A DNA stretch of 64,000 nt from Octopus sinensis (lineage: Eukaryota): NCBI RefSeq assembly GCF_006345805.1, contig NC_043007.1:38626001-38690000 (forward strand), in the 5' to 3' direction. Position numbers and translations under genes: made by a program. Shown here piece by piece: positions 51,090-62,832 of this stretch (positions within the stretch are counted from its first letter, which is position 1; every line of letters starts with the position of its first letter). The notes under the pieces are model-generated. The model had not been told where the DNA came from. It did not search any database and saw only the letters and a list, made by a program, of their open reading frames with translations.

Positions 51090-51430
51090 GGTTGTGTAGT
51101 CAGTGGTTTGAGCATTGGGCTCACAATCAAGAGGTGGTGAGTTCGATTCCCGGACTCGGCTGTATGTTGTGTTCTTGAGCAAGACGCTTTATTTCACATT
51201 GCTCCAGTTCATTCAGCTGTAGAAATGAGTTGTGATATCATTGATGCCAAGCCATATCAGCCTTTGCCTTTCTCTTGGTTAACATTGGTGGCATGGAGAG
51301 GGGAGGCTGATATGCATGGGCTTATTGCTGGACTTCTATAAGCAATCTTGGCTGAACTTGTGCCTAGGAAGAGAATTTTTTAGGTGCAATCCCATAGTCA
51401 TTTATGACTGAAGGGGTCTTTACCCTTTTA
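51090..51430 (+). mobile_element. SINE (head B, tail 4)
   Basis: gttcgattccc B box and ttgtgttcttgagcaagac CORE-like motif followed by a tail not seen in the other copies. Confidence 0.7.
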
Positions 51431-51547
51431 AAGGAAGAATTAGCTCTGTTTCTAGGAAGTCATTAGTCATATAGAGGCTTTCCTGTTGACTTCAGTGAGG
51501 TGATATTATGTTAGTGATATATATATTTTTTAAATTGTATTTTCTAG

Positions 51548-51721
51548 ATCATAAAGTTTATATTTGGCACATTCGAAAAGAAGTTCCAATAACTGTGTTG
51601 GAAGGACACACTAGAACTGTCAACTGTGTACACTGGAATCCTAAAGTGCCTAGCATGTTAGCCAGTGTTTCAGATGATGGAACGATTAGAATATGGGGAC
51701 CTCTTGATAAAACCAAAAAAG
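51548..51721 (+). CDS. WDR26: WDR26 exon 13 ([58 protein letters not shown])
   Basis: Acceptor ttttctag|A, donor G|GTAAGT; last WD40 repeat GH...W. Confidence 0.96.
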
Positions 51722-51789
51722 GTAAGTTGGGTTTTTTTTTAAAAACCTTATTTTATTTTTATGTTTTTATTTGATTTATTTTGCTATTC

Positions 51790-52460
51790 TCACCTATATA
51801 CCTCTGATCGGGTTGCTGTGCATCTCTTTCACATCCCAGCCATTTTACATCATGTGCTTTCACCTATCACCTCTCCAACCTATTCTTATTTCCTCCACCT
51901 TCTCCCACCCAACTGATATTCACCATTGGCCATACCTCCATCCGTGTTCACTGCTGACAACTCTATCTCCATCTCTATTCCATCTGTCGCTCTCTTTTCA
52001 CACTCTTACAATCTTACCTACTCACTCACCCTGTCTGATCCTTTGTTACTCTTTTCTCTTACATTCACCTTGTACCTTGAGGATATGCTCTGGCACCTCA
52101 ACTTCACCATCGTCTCTTTTCCTTTGTGGTATTAATGTATCTCCATTATAGCAAGACACCTGTTACTGTCCCTCTGTCTTACTTTAGTCTCTCATCACCT
52201 GACATAAAGCCACCTCATCGCAATTCAGTTGGGATGTCTTGTCTTGAGAGTTACTTACTGACCTCACTAGTGTCAATTTTGTGAAAAACATGCCCAGTAT
52301 ACTCAGTAAAGTGGTTTGCATTAGGAAGAGCTTGCAGCCAAAGAAACTGTGCTAAAGCAGATATTAGAGCTTGATGCAGTCTTCTGGCTTACCATATCCT
52401 GTTGGACCATCCAACCCATGCCAGTATGGAACACAGATATTAAACAATAATGATAGTGAT
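51790..52460 (+). mobile_element. RTE 3'UTR (CT-rich) plus tail
   Basis: Reverse-complement similarity to 15860-16400. Confidence 0.6.
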
Positions 52461-52849
52461 GATTTATTTATTTATATTATAAATGCATTTTCCCATGCTT
52501 ACATGTTTAGAATGTTTTATGGCAGAGCAGTTGTTGAAATGTTTTTATAGCTGAGCGAAAGCCCTTCCTACTGTTAACCATTCAACATAAGTGGAACCTG
52601 TTTTCATGTCAAGTAGGTAAGCTGAAGGTTCATGGGAAGTTGCAGCTGTTGAGCCTCACCAACTTGGTCCTGATCCGGTAGAGCTATGATCAAAAGCACT
52701 CCAGCCATAACCATCCCATCTTTCTCAGTTATGTGTTCTGGATTATATTTTCTAATGTGTCTTTTTTTCTGGCATTATGGTAAGTTTGGTTATCATTTCT
52801 AGCAATTTGGTGATGTCATATCCAGATAAGCAGTGCATGAACTTGTAGA

Positions 52850-53245
52850 TGGGGTTCAGACTTTTCTCAGTTCCAGTAGCCCATGTCACTCAAAAGGTCC
52901 TTGAATAAGGGTTATTGAAGGATGATGAGTGAAACCCCCAGGTTTCCAGAGGTGGATTATTTCAACTCCAAAGAATCTCTCTCAACATATGGCTATCATG
53001 CTCCCTGACTACTGCTTGTGATCAGAGATGCACATATCATCAACCACTCAGGGACATGCTCGACTGGTTACAGTCAAGCAACTGACAAGCAGATTTGTGG
53101 TACTGTGCAGAATATTTGCTGTAGCCCGTGTTCTATACGAAGATAAAACATGTACATGATAACATTATCAGTCTGTTAGAATCAGAAGCCATGTGAGCCA
53201 CTGCCTGGTACTGCATCAATACGTTGTTGTTGTTATTATTATTAT
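52850..53245 (+). mobile_element. (ATT)n-tailed retroposon-like repeat
   Basis: Inverse of 1333-1675. Confidence 0.7.
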
Positions 53246-53276
53246 TTCATCTGTTTTTTAAAAATTTTCTTTTGTT

Positions 53277-53660
53277 AGATGGCGAGCTGGCAGAATTGTT
53301 AGCACACTGGGTGAAATACTTAGCAGTATTTTGTCTGCTGCTACGTTCTGGGTTCAAATTCTGCTGAGGTCGACTTTGTCTTTCATCCTTTCAGAGTCAA
53401 TAAATTAAGTATCAGTCAGGTACTGGAGTTGATGTGATCGACTATCCCCTTCTCCCCAAATTTCATGCCTTGTGTCTATAGAAGAAAGGATTATTTCCAC
53501 TGTTTTTACATTCTAAGTTCAAATGCTGCTGGGGTCAACTTTGCCTTTCATTCTTTCAGGAATAAGTACCGGTTTAGCGCTGGGGTTGAGTTGACTGACT
53601 CCCCCCTACCAAAAAAAAAAAAAATATCTGGCCTTGTGCCTATAAGTAGAAAGGATTATA
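53277..53660 (+). mobile_element. Two head-to-tail Nin-like SINEs ending about 37 nt before the last acceptor
   Basis: Two gtc(g/a)actttg..tttcat cores, two gccttgtg.ctatag.agaaaggatt tails. Confidence 0.8.
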
Positions 53661-53697
53661 ACTATGCTTAACAAGTTTTTTCCTTTGTATTTTTCAG

Positions 53698-53729
53698 ATA
53701 ACGAATCTGGTCGAAGTACACCTGTATAA
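53698..53729 (+). CDS. WDR26: WDR26 exon 14, terminal coding part (DNESGRSTPV*)
   Basis: Strong acceptor ttcctttgtatttttcag|A in the phase required by exon 13, then TAA and unique A-rich 3'UTR-like sequence; no homology support for these 10 residues. Confidence 0.8.
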
Positions 53730-54417
53730 TGAAGGATGAAGTGTAAATGGTTATTCAAAAGAAATTTTTTTTACCATTTTTTTTACTCCTCCCACCACCT
53801 CCTCCTTCATTATTTGATAAATAAGAAGCATTTATAACTAACGCTGCTCCTCCTCCTCCTCCAGCTCTCCCCCCTCCCATTTGATCATAACTTAAGAACA
53901 CGAGTGTGAATTAAGTAAAACTGCAATTAGTCCTCCTGTCTATCAACTGTTTGTTGGGCTTTTGCTGTAAAGGAGTATGATTTAAATTTTTTTTTTTATC
54001 AAATCTTAAATCTGGAAAGGTAACTTGTACGAGTTTTTTAAAAAGGACAAAAGATTTCACAGCATCTACAGCGACACATAACAAAAAAAAGTTTACAATT
54101 CACATATACACAAAGAAAAAAAAAAATGAAACCAATTTGTTTTTTTTTTTTAAAAAAGATACTCTTTAAACAATTTTTTTTTTTTTTTTTTTTACATCTC
54201 TCTCCTCTCTTACCATCATTTCAATTTGAGCTGCTCAGCTCTGTCGGAACCTGTACTGTGAGCAAAAAAAAAAAAAAAAAGCCAAGTTGTGATGTTGGCA
54301 TGAGGAATATGAAAATGACACAAACACCACCCCCAACCAACACTATCACCACCCACGACAAAAACAAAAAATAACACCAAAAAAAAAAAACCCAAACAAA
54401 TCGAAACTAGACTGACC

Positions 54418-54593
54418 AATAAAATTGACCAAACAAGACATGCAAAAAAAAAAAAATATAAAATATATAAAGAAATAAAAGGTAGAAATTGCCTCCTACC
54501 TCCATTCTACACACCACCAATTTTAATTAAACACAACAGCCCCTATTGCAATAACAGCAAACATTTAAATAAAGCATAAAGCAAAAAAATAAA
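54418..54593 (+). terminator. Candidate polyadenylation signals (AATAAA at 54418, 54474, 54588) in the A-rich 3'UTR
   Basis: Hexamers seen about 0.7-0.9 kb after the stop; A-rich context makes chance matches likely. Confidence 0.35.
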
Positions 54594-55133
54594 TATATAC
54601 AAAGAGAAAGAAAAAAAAAATGAACAAGAATTTGACTGAAAGTTTTCCCTCCTCTCCCAGTCTGCTGCCAGGAAGAACTTCTCATAAAATTATTTCAAAA
54701 GACAGACACCACCAAAAATAATTACAATAATATAAATACAAACATTAAAAAAAAAGGCAAAAAAAAAAAAACCTTAAAAATAACAGCAAAAACAGTAATT
54801 TGTTAATTATCTATTTGAAATTTGTCCAGGATTTTGAATGGAAGTGTATTCTTAAAATGGAGATGGGAGGTTGTGGGTGCAAAGGGATTTTACATCAATA
54901 TATATGTGTGTATATATAATATATGTATGTGTGTGTGTAATGTATATAGACGTTTTCTTACAATGAAGGCGGGATGGATATGGACACTCACATACAAACA
55001 CACTCACACACAGTTGCTTTTATATATATATATAATATATACACATACATGTGCGTGTATATATATGCACACACGTATGTATATATCTGAATGTGTGTGC
55101 ATATATACATATTTTTATGTGTATATTTGTCTT

Positions 55134-55214
<81 letters not shown>

Positions 55215-55327
55215 CATACATGCACACGTATATATTTACACACACCTACGTGTGTGTGTGTGGACATATGTATATACAGCATAGCTTTGTGTGTATATTT
55301 GTGTATGTGTGTGTATATAGATATATA

Positions 55328-55367
<40 letters not shown>

Positions 55368-55440
55368 ACACACACACACACACATGCATGCACATGTACC
55401 CACATACTTATACATGTGTATTTATACATACACACATGCA

Positions 55441-55472
<32 letters not shown>

Positions 55473-56036
55473 CAGGCATAAACATACGTGTGTGGATATA
55501 TGTATATATGCATATTTTGTGTGTTGGTGTGTGTGTGTGTATATACACACATATATATAATGTATATATAAGAGAAAAGTGACTTGCTATGTTTTTACTA
55601 GCATACATTAAAAAAAATGAGAATAACTGAAGAATGCAAACAGCAAAAAAAACAAAAAATGACAGTTTAACAAATAAGCCCCACCACCACTGTGGATGTG
55701 AGGTGGGGAGAGAAGTTGTGACTGGAGAAGAAAAAGGAAAATGAATTATTATGGAGTGAATGAAAGTTTTTTTTTTTTGTCTTTTCTTTCTCTTTTAGGT
55801 CTGCTCTGTCTTAACTTGTGATATTTACATGCAGAGAGATTCTATTATTACAACCATTACATACACACAAACACAGAAAGGACCTGGATTGTTAAACATA
55901 TTGTTTATCAACTTCTTTCTCTTTCCTCTTCCCCCCTTCTTTTCCCTCTCTTTCTCTTGCTCACTCTTGCTCCTCCTTGTGTGTATAAGTATATAGATGC
56001 TCTATGTAGGAGTGGGTGTGCATATATACACGTATG

Positions 56037-56069
<33 letters not shown>

Positions 56070-56076
<7 letters not shown>

Positions 56077-56230
56077 AACATTATATAATTAGGGTTCAGC
56101 AAAAAAATTTACTTTACCACACACCAAACTTTTAGAAATAGCTAAATTCTTTGGCTGCTATTTCTAAAAGTTCGGTGTGTGGTAAAGTAAATTTTTTTTG
56201 CTGAACCCTAATTATATAACGTAATGTTTT
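56070..56230. repeat. Near-perfect fold-back hairpin, 73/74-bp arms, 14-nt loop
   Basis: 56070-56142 pairs with 56157-56230: 3 substitutions and 1 A-run indel. Confidence 0.92.
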
Positions 56231-56648
56231 AAATATACCGTAAATGGTCTTTTTACATACTGAATGCTACTTGGTAAAATTATTAATTAATAATTAATTA
56301 ATTTTACCCTTATTATCATTGACTATATATATATATATATAATGTATGTATGTATAGTAAAGTCATGGTCAAATTAAGTGGTTTCCTTTTCAGTCCAGAG
56401 GTACTGAAAATCCCACTGTGTGGGTCTTTATGCAAACATCGTTGCCATTATCCTTTAATCTTAGCCTCATGCAGAAATTAGGTAGTCTGAAACTGTGGAA
56501 GCTTGCTGCATGGGTTGTACCTGAATAGCTGATTTCATGGAGCTAGTCATGTCACACTCATTCTGTCTTCTAATTATGTTAAGGGTATGTTTTAATTCAA
56601 TAATGTGTTTTAATTTTATGTTTTTTTTTAATAATATTTTAATTCATA

Positions 56649-56856
56649 GGTGCAGGAGTGGCTGTGTGGTAAGTAGCTTGTTTACCAACCACATGGTTCC
56701 GGGTTCAGTCCCACTGTGTGGCACCTTGGGCAAGTGTCTTCTACTATAGCCTCGGGCCGACCAAAGCCTTGTGAGTGGATTTGGTAGACGGAAACTGAAG
56801 AAGCCCGTCGTATATATATATATATATGTATATATATGTGTGTGTGTGTGTGTGTG

Positions 56857-56891
<35 letters not shown>

Positions 56892-57108
56892 TGTATGTTT
56901 GTGTGTCTGTGTTTGTCCCCCTAGCATTGCTTGACAACCGATGCTGGTGTGTTTATGTCCCTGTCACTTAGCGGTTCGGCAAAAGAGACCAATAGAATAA
57001 GTACTGGGCTTACAAAGAATAAGTCCCGGGGTCGAGTTGCTCGATTAAAGGCGGTGTTCCAGCATGGCCGCAGTCAAATGACTGAAACAAGTAAAAGAGA
57101 AAGAGAAT
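56649..57108 (+). mobile_element. Full-length young SINE head C with internal (TA)n(TG)n
   Basis: A/B-box head, gtggcaccttgggcaagtg CORE-like motif, microsatellite 56811-56887, tail gtcaaatgactgaaacaagtaaaaga. Confidence 0.85.
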
Positions 57109-57658
57109 ATGAAAGTCAAGATTGATAGCACTTGTGGAATGCTCATCTTTGAAACTGAAAGATCCATCATTTGTGTGTGTGTGTGTGTGTAATTATGGTT
57201 TCTAATTTAAGTGCAAGGCTAACAGTTTTGAGGCAAGGGAGTTAGTCTATATATATATATATATATATATAGGAATGAGAGAGAGATGTGTAATATATGT
57301 ATGTATTGATCTGTGTGTGATTGTGTGCCATTATCATCAACATTTTAATGTCCACTTTTCCAGCTTGCATGGATCAAACAAGATTTGTTGAAGTAGATTT
57401 CCTGTGGCCAGATGCCCTTGTCACGAACCCTCGCCTATTTCCAAGTAAGGTCATATTTCCTCCATAGCCAGACATATTTTTCACAGGAGACCAGAAACAA
57501 ACTATATCACCTGTATGATGGTGACATTCGCTTACAATTGTCATGTGACTCCAGGACAGGAGTGTGCATGTGCGCACACCTGCATGTTAAAATACAGGGT
57601 GAATGACCATCAATGTGGCCAAAGTCCCTTTCTTGAAACTAGTAAGACTAAAAGAACA

Positions 57659-57693
<35 letters not shown>

Positions 57694-57917
57694 TACTGTT
57701 TGTTCATTGTTAGGGTCAGTGAAAAAACACTCTAGCTATATAAATATCATGATATGTAGATAGATATAAATATAGGTAGACAGATAATACAAAATAAAGA
57801 ATGAATGTAGTACAGCTTATTATTAATTACAATTGCTTCAGTACCACTCCATTTCTTATGCCATTGCATGTAAATGATTTTACATAAATCATTTAGCTCG
57901 ATAGATATGAAATATAG

Positions 57918-58210
57918 CATGGCTGTGTGTTAAGAAATTTGCTTCCAACCCCTTGGGCAAGTGTCTCCTACTGTAACCTCAGGCCAACCAAAGCCTTGTG
58001 ATTTGATTTGATTTGGTTGATGGAAACTGAAAGAAGCCTATTGTGTGTGTATGTATTTATGTGTTTGTCTCTCACCACTGCTTGAGAATCGGTGAGAATA
58101 AGTACCAGGCTTAGAAATTAAGTGCTGGGGTCGTGTTGTATGACTAAAACCCTTCAAAGAGATGCCCCAGCATGGTTGTAGTCTGATGACAGAAACAAGT
58201 AGAAGATAAA
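57918..58210 (+). mobile_element. SINE head C, degenerate
   Basis: Colinear with the 56649 copy. Confidence 0.7.
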
Positions 58211-58542
58211 AGAGTATTAATAATTCTGTACATGTGTAATGTGAAAAGCTGGATACAAAGAAGAAAGCATTGCCCTTTTTCACTTTGATCTAAACTGGAA
58301 AAAAATTTTTTGTTTGTTTTATTGTTCTCCACCCTCCCTTCTTTCTCTCTCTTTCTCCCTCTTTCTTTTCTACCTTCCTCTCTCTCTCTCTCCTTATATG
58401 GATTAGGCTTACCTTGCCTGAGGAATAGCAACATCCAGGTTGCAGCAGAATTAATATCCTCAATTCTCTTGGTTTTATAATATGATTCAGTTCATCAGGT
58501 CATGACCATCCTCCTTATTCTGTTAGCTTATCACATGTGCGT

Positions 58543-58573
<31 letters not shown>

Positions 58574-59221
58574 ATTTTTACACACTTTATTGGGAACAAA
58601 AATTTGCAAATGCTTCAATTCACTCCTGTTTCTCTCTGTCTCCCTAATGTTATTGATGTTGTGGAGCCCTAGGTCAACTCTGATCAACCAGACTTAGGAT
58701 CAGTGGCATTCTTAACTGTAACCAGCCCCACTTTTGAAAGCATCGCTTATCACATGATGTAATGTTTCCTACCATTATTTAAAAGGTTTTTACAGTGTGG
58801 TTTGCAGGAGATTTGACTGCTATTTCTAACAGATCAGGTGACCATGTCAAGGTTTCCTTGTTGGCTCATTATTGGTAGTGGTGTGCCTGGAACATTGGAC
58901 TAAACCACTGCCAAGTATTTAATCCCATCTTTTTGTAGGGTTCAAATTTCACTAAAACTGGTTTTTAATTTTTTTTTACCTTTCTCCTCCAGGGATTTTT
59001 TTTTTTACATCTTTCATCTGCAAGTACCAGTCATTTAATGGGGAGAATGTCAGCCAACTTGACCAATGTATACAGTCACTGGTACCCAGTCGTTTTTGTA
59101 ACTTATGTAAGAAATGGTTGATTCAATTTGGTTAGCACCACTGGAATTATTTCATTCATTTTATGTTACTAATCTCTCTTTTTTCTTCAGAAAGGAACAA
59201 ACATCACACAATCTCATACTC

Positions 59222-59223
59222 TG

Positions 59224-59255
<32 letters not shown>

Positions 59256-59700
59256 TGTTTTAAATCCGGGTTTTGTCCCCTTTAATAGGGGTGGCTGGAT
59301 CTACCTCAATGCCATAGCAACCGGGGCAGGCAGGTGTAGCCCACTGCAACCTTTGGGCTGGCTGGTGCCCATTCTCCCTTGCTATCATGGGGCTTTTTTG
59401 GAGATGGATTTTCTATGGGGAGCATGCCCTTGCTTACCCCCAAACACAGTTTCTAGAAATGAGTGGTCCCGAGATCTAGGCCTCTACCATGATTTTTAAG
59501 AAATGTGGTGGAAAACTATCTCAGGAAGGCAGGGACACTACTCTCTGAGACCCCTTTCGGAGCCCTCCTACCTAATGTCAATTCCAATTTCTCCAACATA
59601 TTTCTCAAACTTGATTGTTAGTCTTCAAGTGCCCCTACAATTATTAGGATAACAGTTACTCTCTTCATTGCCCACATTCTTGTAATTTCATCTTTTAGTA
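59222..59700 (-). mobile_element. R4/Dong-like (RLE-type) LINE 3' end remnant
   Basis: Minus strand LKDEITRMWAMKRVTVILIIVGAL then, after a frameshift, TIKFEKYVGEIGIDIR, matching the restriction-like endonuclease C-terminus of R4-clade elements; (GAT)n tail at 59224-59251. Confidence 0.7.
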
Positions 59701-59708
59701 ACTATTAT

Positions 59709-61050
59709 TAAGACAGCGAGCTGGCAGAATCATTTGTATGCTGGACAAAATGCTTAGCGGTATTTTGCTTGTCACTATGTTCTGAGTTCAAATCCTGCTG
59801 GGGTTGACTTTGCCTTTCATCCTTTCAGGATCGATTAAATAAGTACCAGTTGACTACTGGGGCTGATGTAATCGACTTAACCCCTCCCCAAAAATTCCAG
59901 GCCTTGTGCCTATAGTAGAAAGGATTATTATTATTTATTATTAAGGCAGCAAGCTGGCAGAATCTGCTTAACAGCGTTTCTTCTGGCTTTATGTTCTGAG
60001 TTCAAAAGCTGCACTGGCTGAGTTTGTCTTTCTCCTTTCAGGATCAATAAAATATGTACAAATTGAACACTGGGGTCGATGTAATTGACTTCCCTGCTTT
60101 CCCCAAAATTTCAGGCCTTGTACCTATAGCTGAAAGAATTATTAAGGCAGCAAGATGTCTGAATCATTAATGCATCAGACAAAATGCTTACTAGCATTTC
60201 TGTCTCTTTAATTCTGAGTTCAAATCCTACCATCTGAGCACTAGAGTCAGCATACTCAACTCTTGCCCTAAAATTTCTGGCCTTGTGTCAAAATTTGAAA
60301 CCATTAGTATTATTATTATTATTATTAAGGCAGTGAGCTGCCAGAATCATTTTGTCTGTCTCTGTTCTGAATTAAAATTCTGCTAGGGTCAACTTTACCT
60401 TTCATCCTTTTGGATAAATAGGAATCAGTGAAACACTGGGGTCGATGTAATTGACTAACCCCCTCCCCCCAAAAATTTCAGTCCTTGTGCCTATAGTAGA
60501 AAGGAATATTTTTATTAAGAAAGGAATATTTTTATTAAGACAGTGAGCTGGCAGAATTCTTGGCACACAGGACAAAATGCTGCTAAACATTCTGTTTGTC
60601 TTGACGTGTTGAAGCCAACTTTGCTTTTTATCCTTTTGGAGCCAAATAATTACCAGTTCAGCACTGGGGTCAAAGTAATTGACTTGCACCCTCTCTGAAA
60701 ATTGCTTGCCTTGTGCCAAAATTTGAAAGAATTATTATTAGGAAGAGGGAAGTTCTGAATCGGCCTGAATCATTACAGCATTGGAAAAAATTCCATGTGG
60801 CATTTGTTCTAGCTCTATGTTCTGTGTTCAAATGCTCCTAAAGTCAACTTTGCTTTTCATCCAATAGTAGAGTACCAGTCATGTACTGAGTTCAGTTTGA
60901 CTATTTCCTTCTAATCAATGGCAATGGATTGGCAGAATTGTTAGCGTTGGAAAATATACCTTGCAGTGATTAGTTATGATTCTTTATATTCTGAGTTCAA
61001 ATCCTGCCACAGTCAACTTTGTCTTTCATTCTTCTGAATTAAATAGAATA
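59709..61050 (+). mobile_element. Array of about 7 head-to-tail Nin-like SINEs
   Basis: Heads at about 59709, 59943, 60144, 60327, 60537, 60740, 60917; most are separated by (ATT)n tails. Confidence 0.85.
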
Positions 61051-61149
61051 AAATGTCCTTTTTTAACATGGGAAGATGTGGTTTAAGGGGCAATTTGGCT
61101 ATTGTTTCTTGAGGAACCATGTAGTGTGGTCACGAATAAAGATCATTCT

Positions 61150-61375
61150 TGCGTTGTATTGACACTCAGGGCTAGTTTCCTGGTTTCCATGGAAACAATG
61201 GACAGGACGCTAGTCTGTCACAGGGTTACTCATTTTTGCCAGCAGCTGAGTGAAATGGAGCAACATGAAATGAAGTGTTTTGCTCAAGAAAACAATGTGT
61301 TGCCTGGTCCAGGAATTGAAATCACAAACTTACAATCATGAGTTTAACACCCTAACCACTAAGCCATATGCCTCT
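61150..61375 (-). mobile_element. SINE (head B, tail 2)
   Basis: Reverse complement similar to 37346-37560. Confidence 0.7.
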
Positions 61376-62264
61376 ATAGAATAGACATGGAGGAAACTGC
61401 AATTTGTGTGGCTTTCTGAATGGTACATCAATAAAAAATTACCTCAATTATTTTTTCTTAGTTTGGCTCTATGGTTCACCTGATGATTAGCCATGTCTCA
61501 TGTGACCTACGTCTCAGAAAAGGCCGCTCATGCCTGATGTAGAAGCTCTAATGGCCGTGGTTGGGGAGTTGATAAACTATGTTCTAGCATTAGTTCTGCA
61601 AAAATTAGCCTGGTACTTAGTAACAGAATTTTGCAATAATCAATGTGATGGAATCGGCAGTGCTAGATCAAATTCCTTACAGTATTTTATTTCATCCTCC
61701 TACATTATTTCGTCAAAGTCCATCCTGGTCAACTCAGTGTTTTATTTCTGTGAGGAGGTTGATAACTTTATAATCAACAGTATTGAATCCACTCTGTAAG
61801 AATGGTGTAATCATCGTCTTCCCTCTTTTAGAAAATGTTGGTTCTGTGCACAAACATGGATATTTGCTTCCTATTTACACCTGAAATACTTCTTATTTAT
61901 GTGCCATTCAAAATCTTTGCGTTATCTAACTCTGTTTTACTTGTATTTTTTATTATTTTTAGACTGACTTTTACATCGTTTTTGATAAAAGCAGGTCCAA
62001 TTGTTCGTTAACCTATTCATTAAATTAGTGTATGAAGTAGTCGAGTTTTCTACAGAATACTCAACATAATCTTCAGGTACCTTCAACATAATTCTCAGGT
62101 AGAATCAATTGTATAATGTGGCAAAGCCAGGCCTTTGAATTACAGGTATAGTGTCTCATAGGCTTCTATACAGTTTCCATATACTCAAATTCACTCACAA
62201 AGCTTAGGTCAACCTGAGGGTGTGATAATCACACTTGTCCCAGATACCCTGTAGTGGGATTTAA

Positions 62265-62485
62265 CCCTTTAGCTTTTAAACTGGCCATGTCTGGCCAAAA
62301 TATTCTACCCATTTTTATGTTCAAACTGGTTATATCCAGCCTTTTACACCTTCCCTACAATATCATTCTCAAAATAAACAATCACATCATCGAAATCTCA
62401 AAGCTACAAGGCAATGCATAATTAACCCAAAACAATGTGAATAAATAAGCATTAAATTTGACAGAGTAATATGAATACTAAAGGG
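62265..62485. mobile_element. piggyBac-type MITE, family A, 221 bp, nested in a head C SINE (about 62130-62525, minus)
   Basis: TTAA at 62261-62264 and 62486-62489; inverse orientation to the 50594 copy. Confidence 0.9.
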
Positions 62486-62789
62486 TTAACTTGTGAAATA
62501 ATCTTAATCACTCAACCATGCTTGTGTGTACTACAGACTTTATTGATTCTATTATAGATAGATAACATAAGTATTTTAGAGAAGTTTTACTGATACAGTT
62601 TTGATACTGCTTATGGTATTTCATAGAATATATACACACACTAGCAAGCACTTAGTGTGTGGCTGAGTGGTGTTTCAAATTCCTCTGCTGTGTATTGGGC
62701 AATTTCCTCCTACCATATCATTAGGTTGATCAATATTTGTGAGAGGAACTTGGTCCATGGGAACTTGGCAGAATCCAGTTGTGTGTGTG

Positions 62790-62832
<43 letters not shown>

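Larger units (their letters stand above)
7429..53729 (+). other. WDR26: WDR26 gene span (first AUG to stop), 14 coding exons, 571 aa LisH-CTLH-WD40 protein
   Basis: Exon lengths 203+100+60+137+98+157+139+141+120+146+79+130+174+32 = 1716 nt give one uninterrupted frame ending in TAA. All junctions are GT-AG with matching phases. The translation follows human WDR26 colinearly (MQxNG start, DVVRLIGQHL Lis[30 protein letters not shown]40 repeats). Confidence 0.97.

Noticed and set aside
51722-51774. Read-through C-terminus [17 protein letters not shown] in the ORF track
   Set aside because: Follows a consensus G|GTAAGT donor and is intronic T-rich sequence
59709-61050. CRISPR-like or satellite interpretation of the array
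   Set aside because: Eukaryotic context; units are about 200-bp diverged SINE copies also found dispersed, with no repeat-spacer structure
61530-61830. 89-aa ORF and its more coding-like antisense strand
   Set aside because: No recognisable domain, multiple stops on the minus strand and no splice context; possibly a decayed transposon, but I cannot support a call
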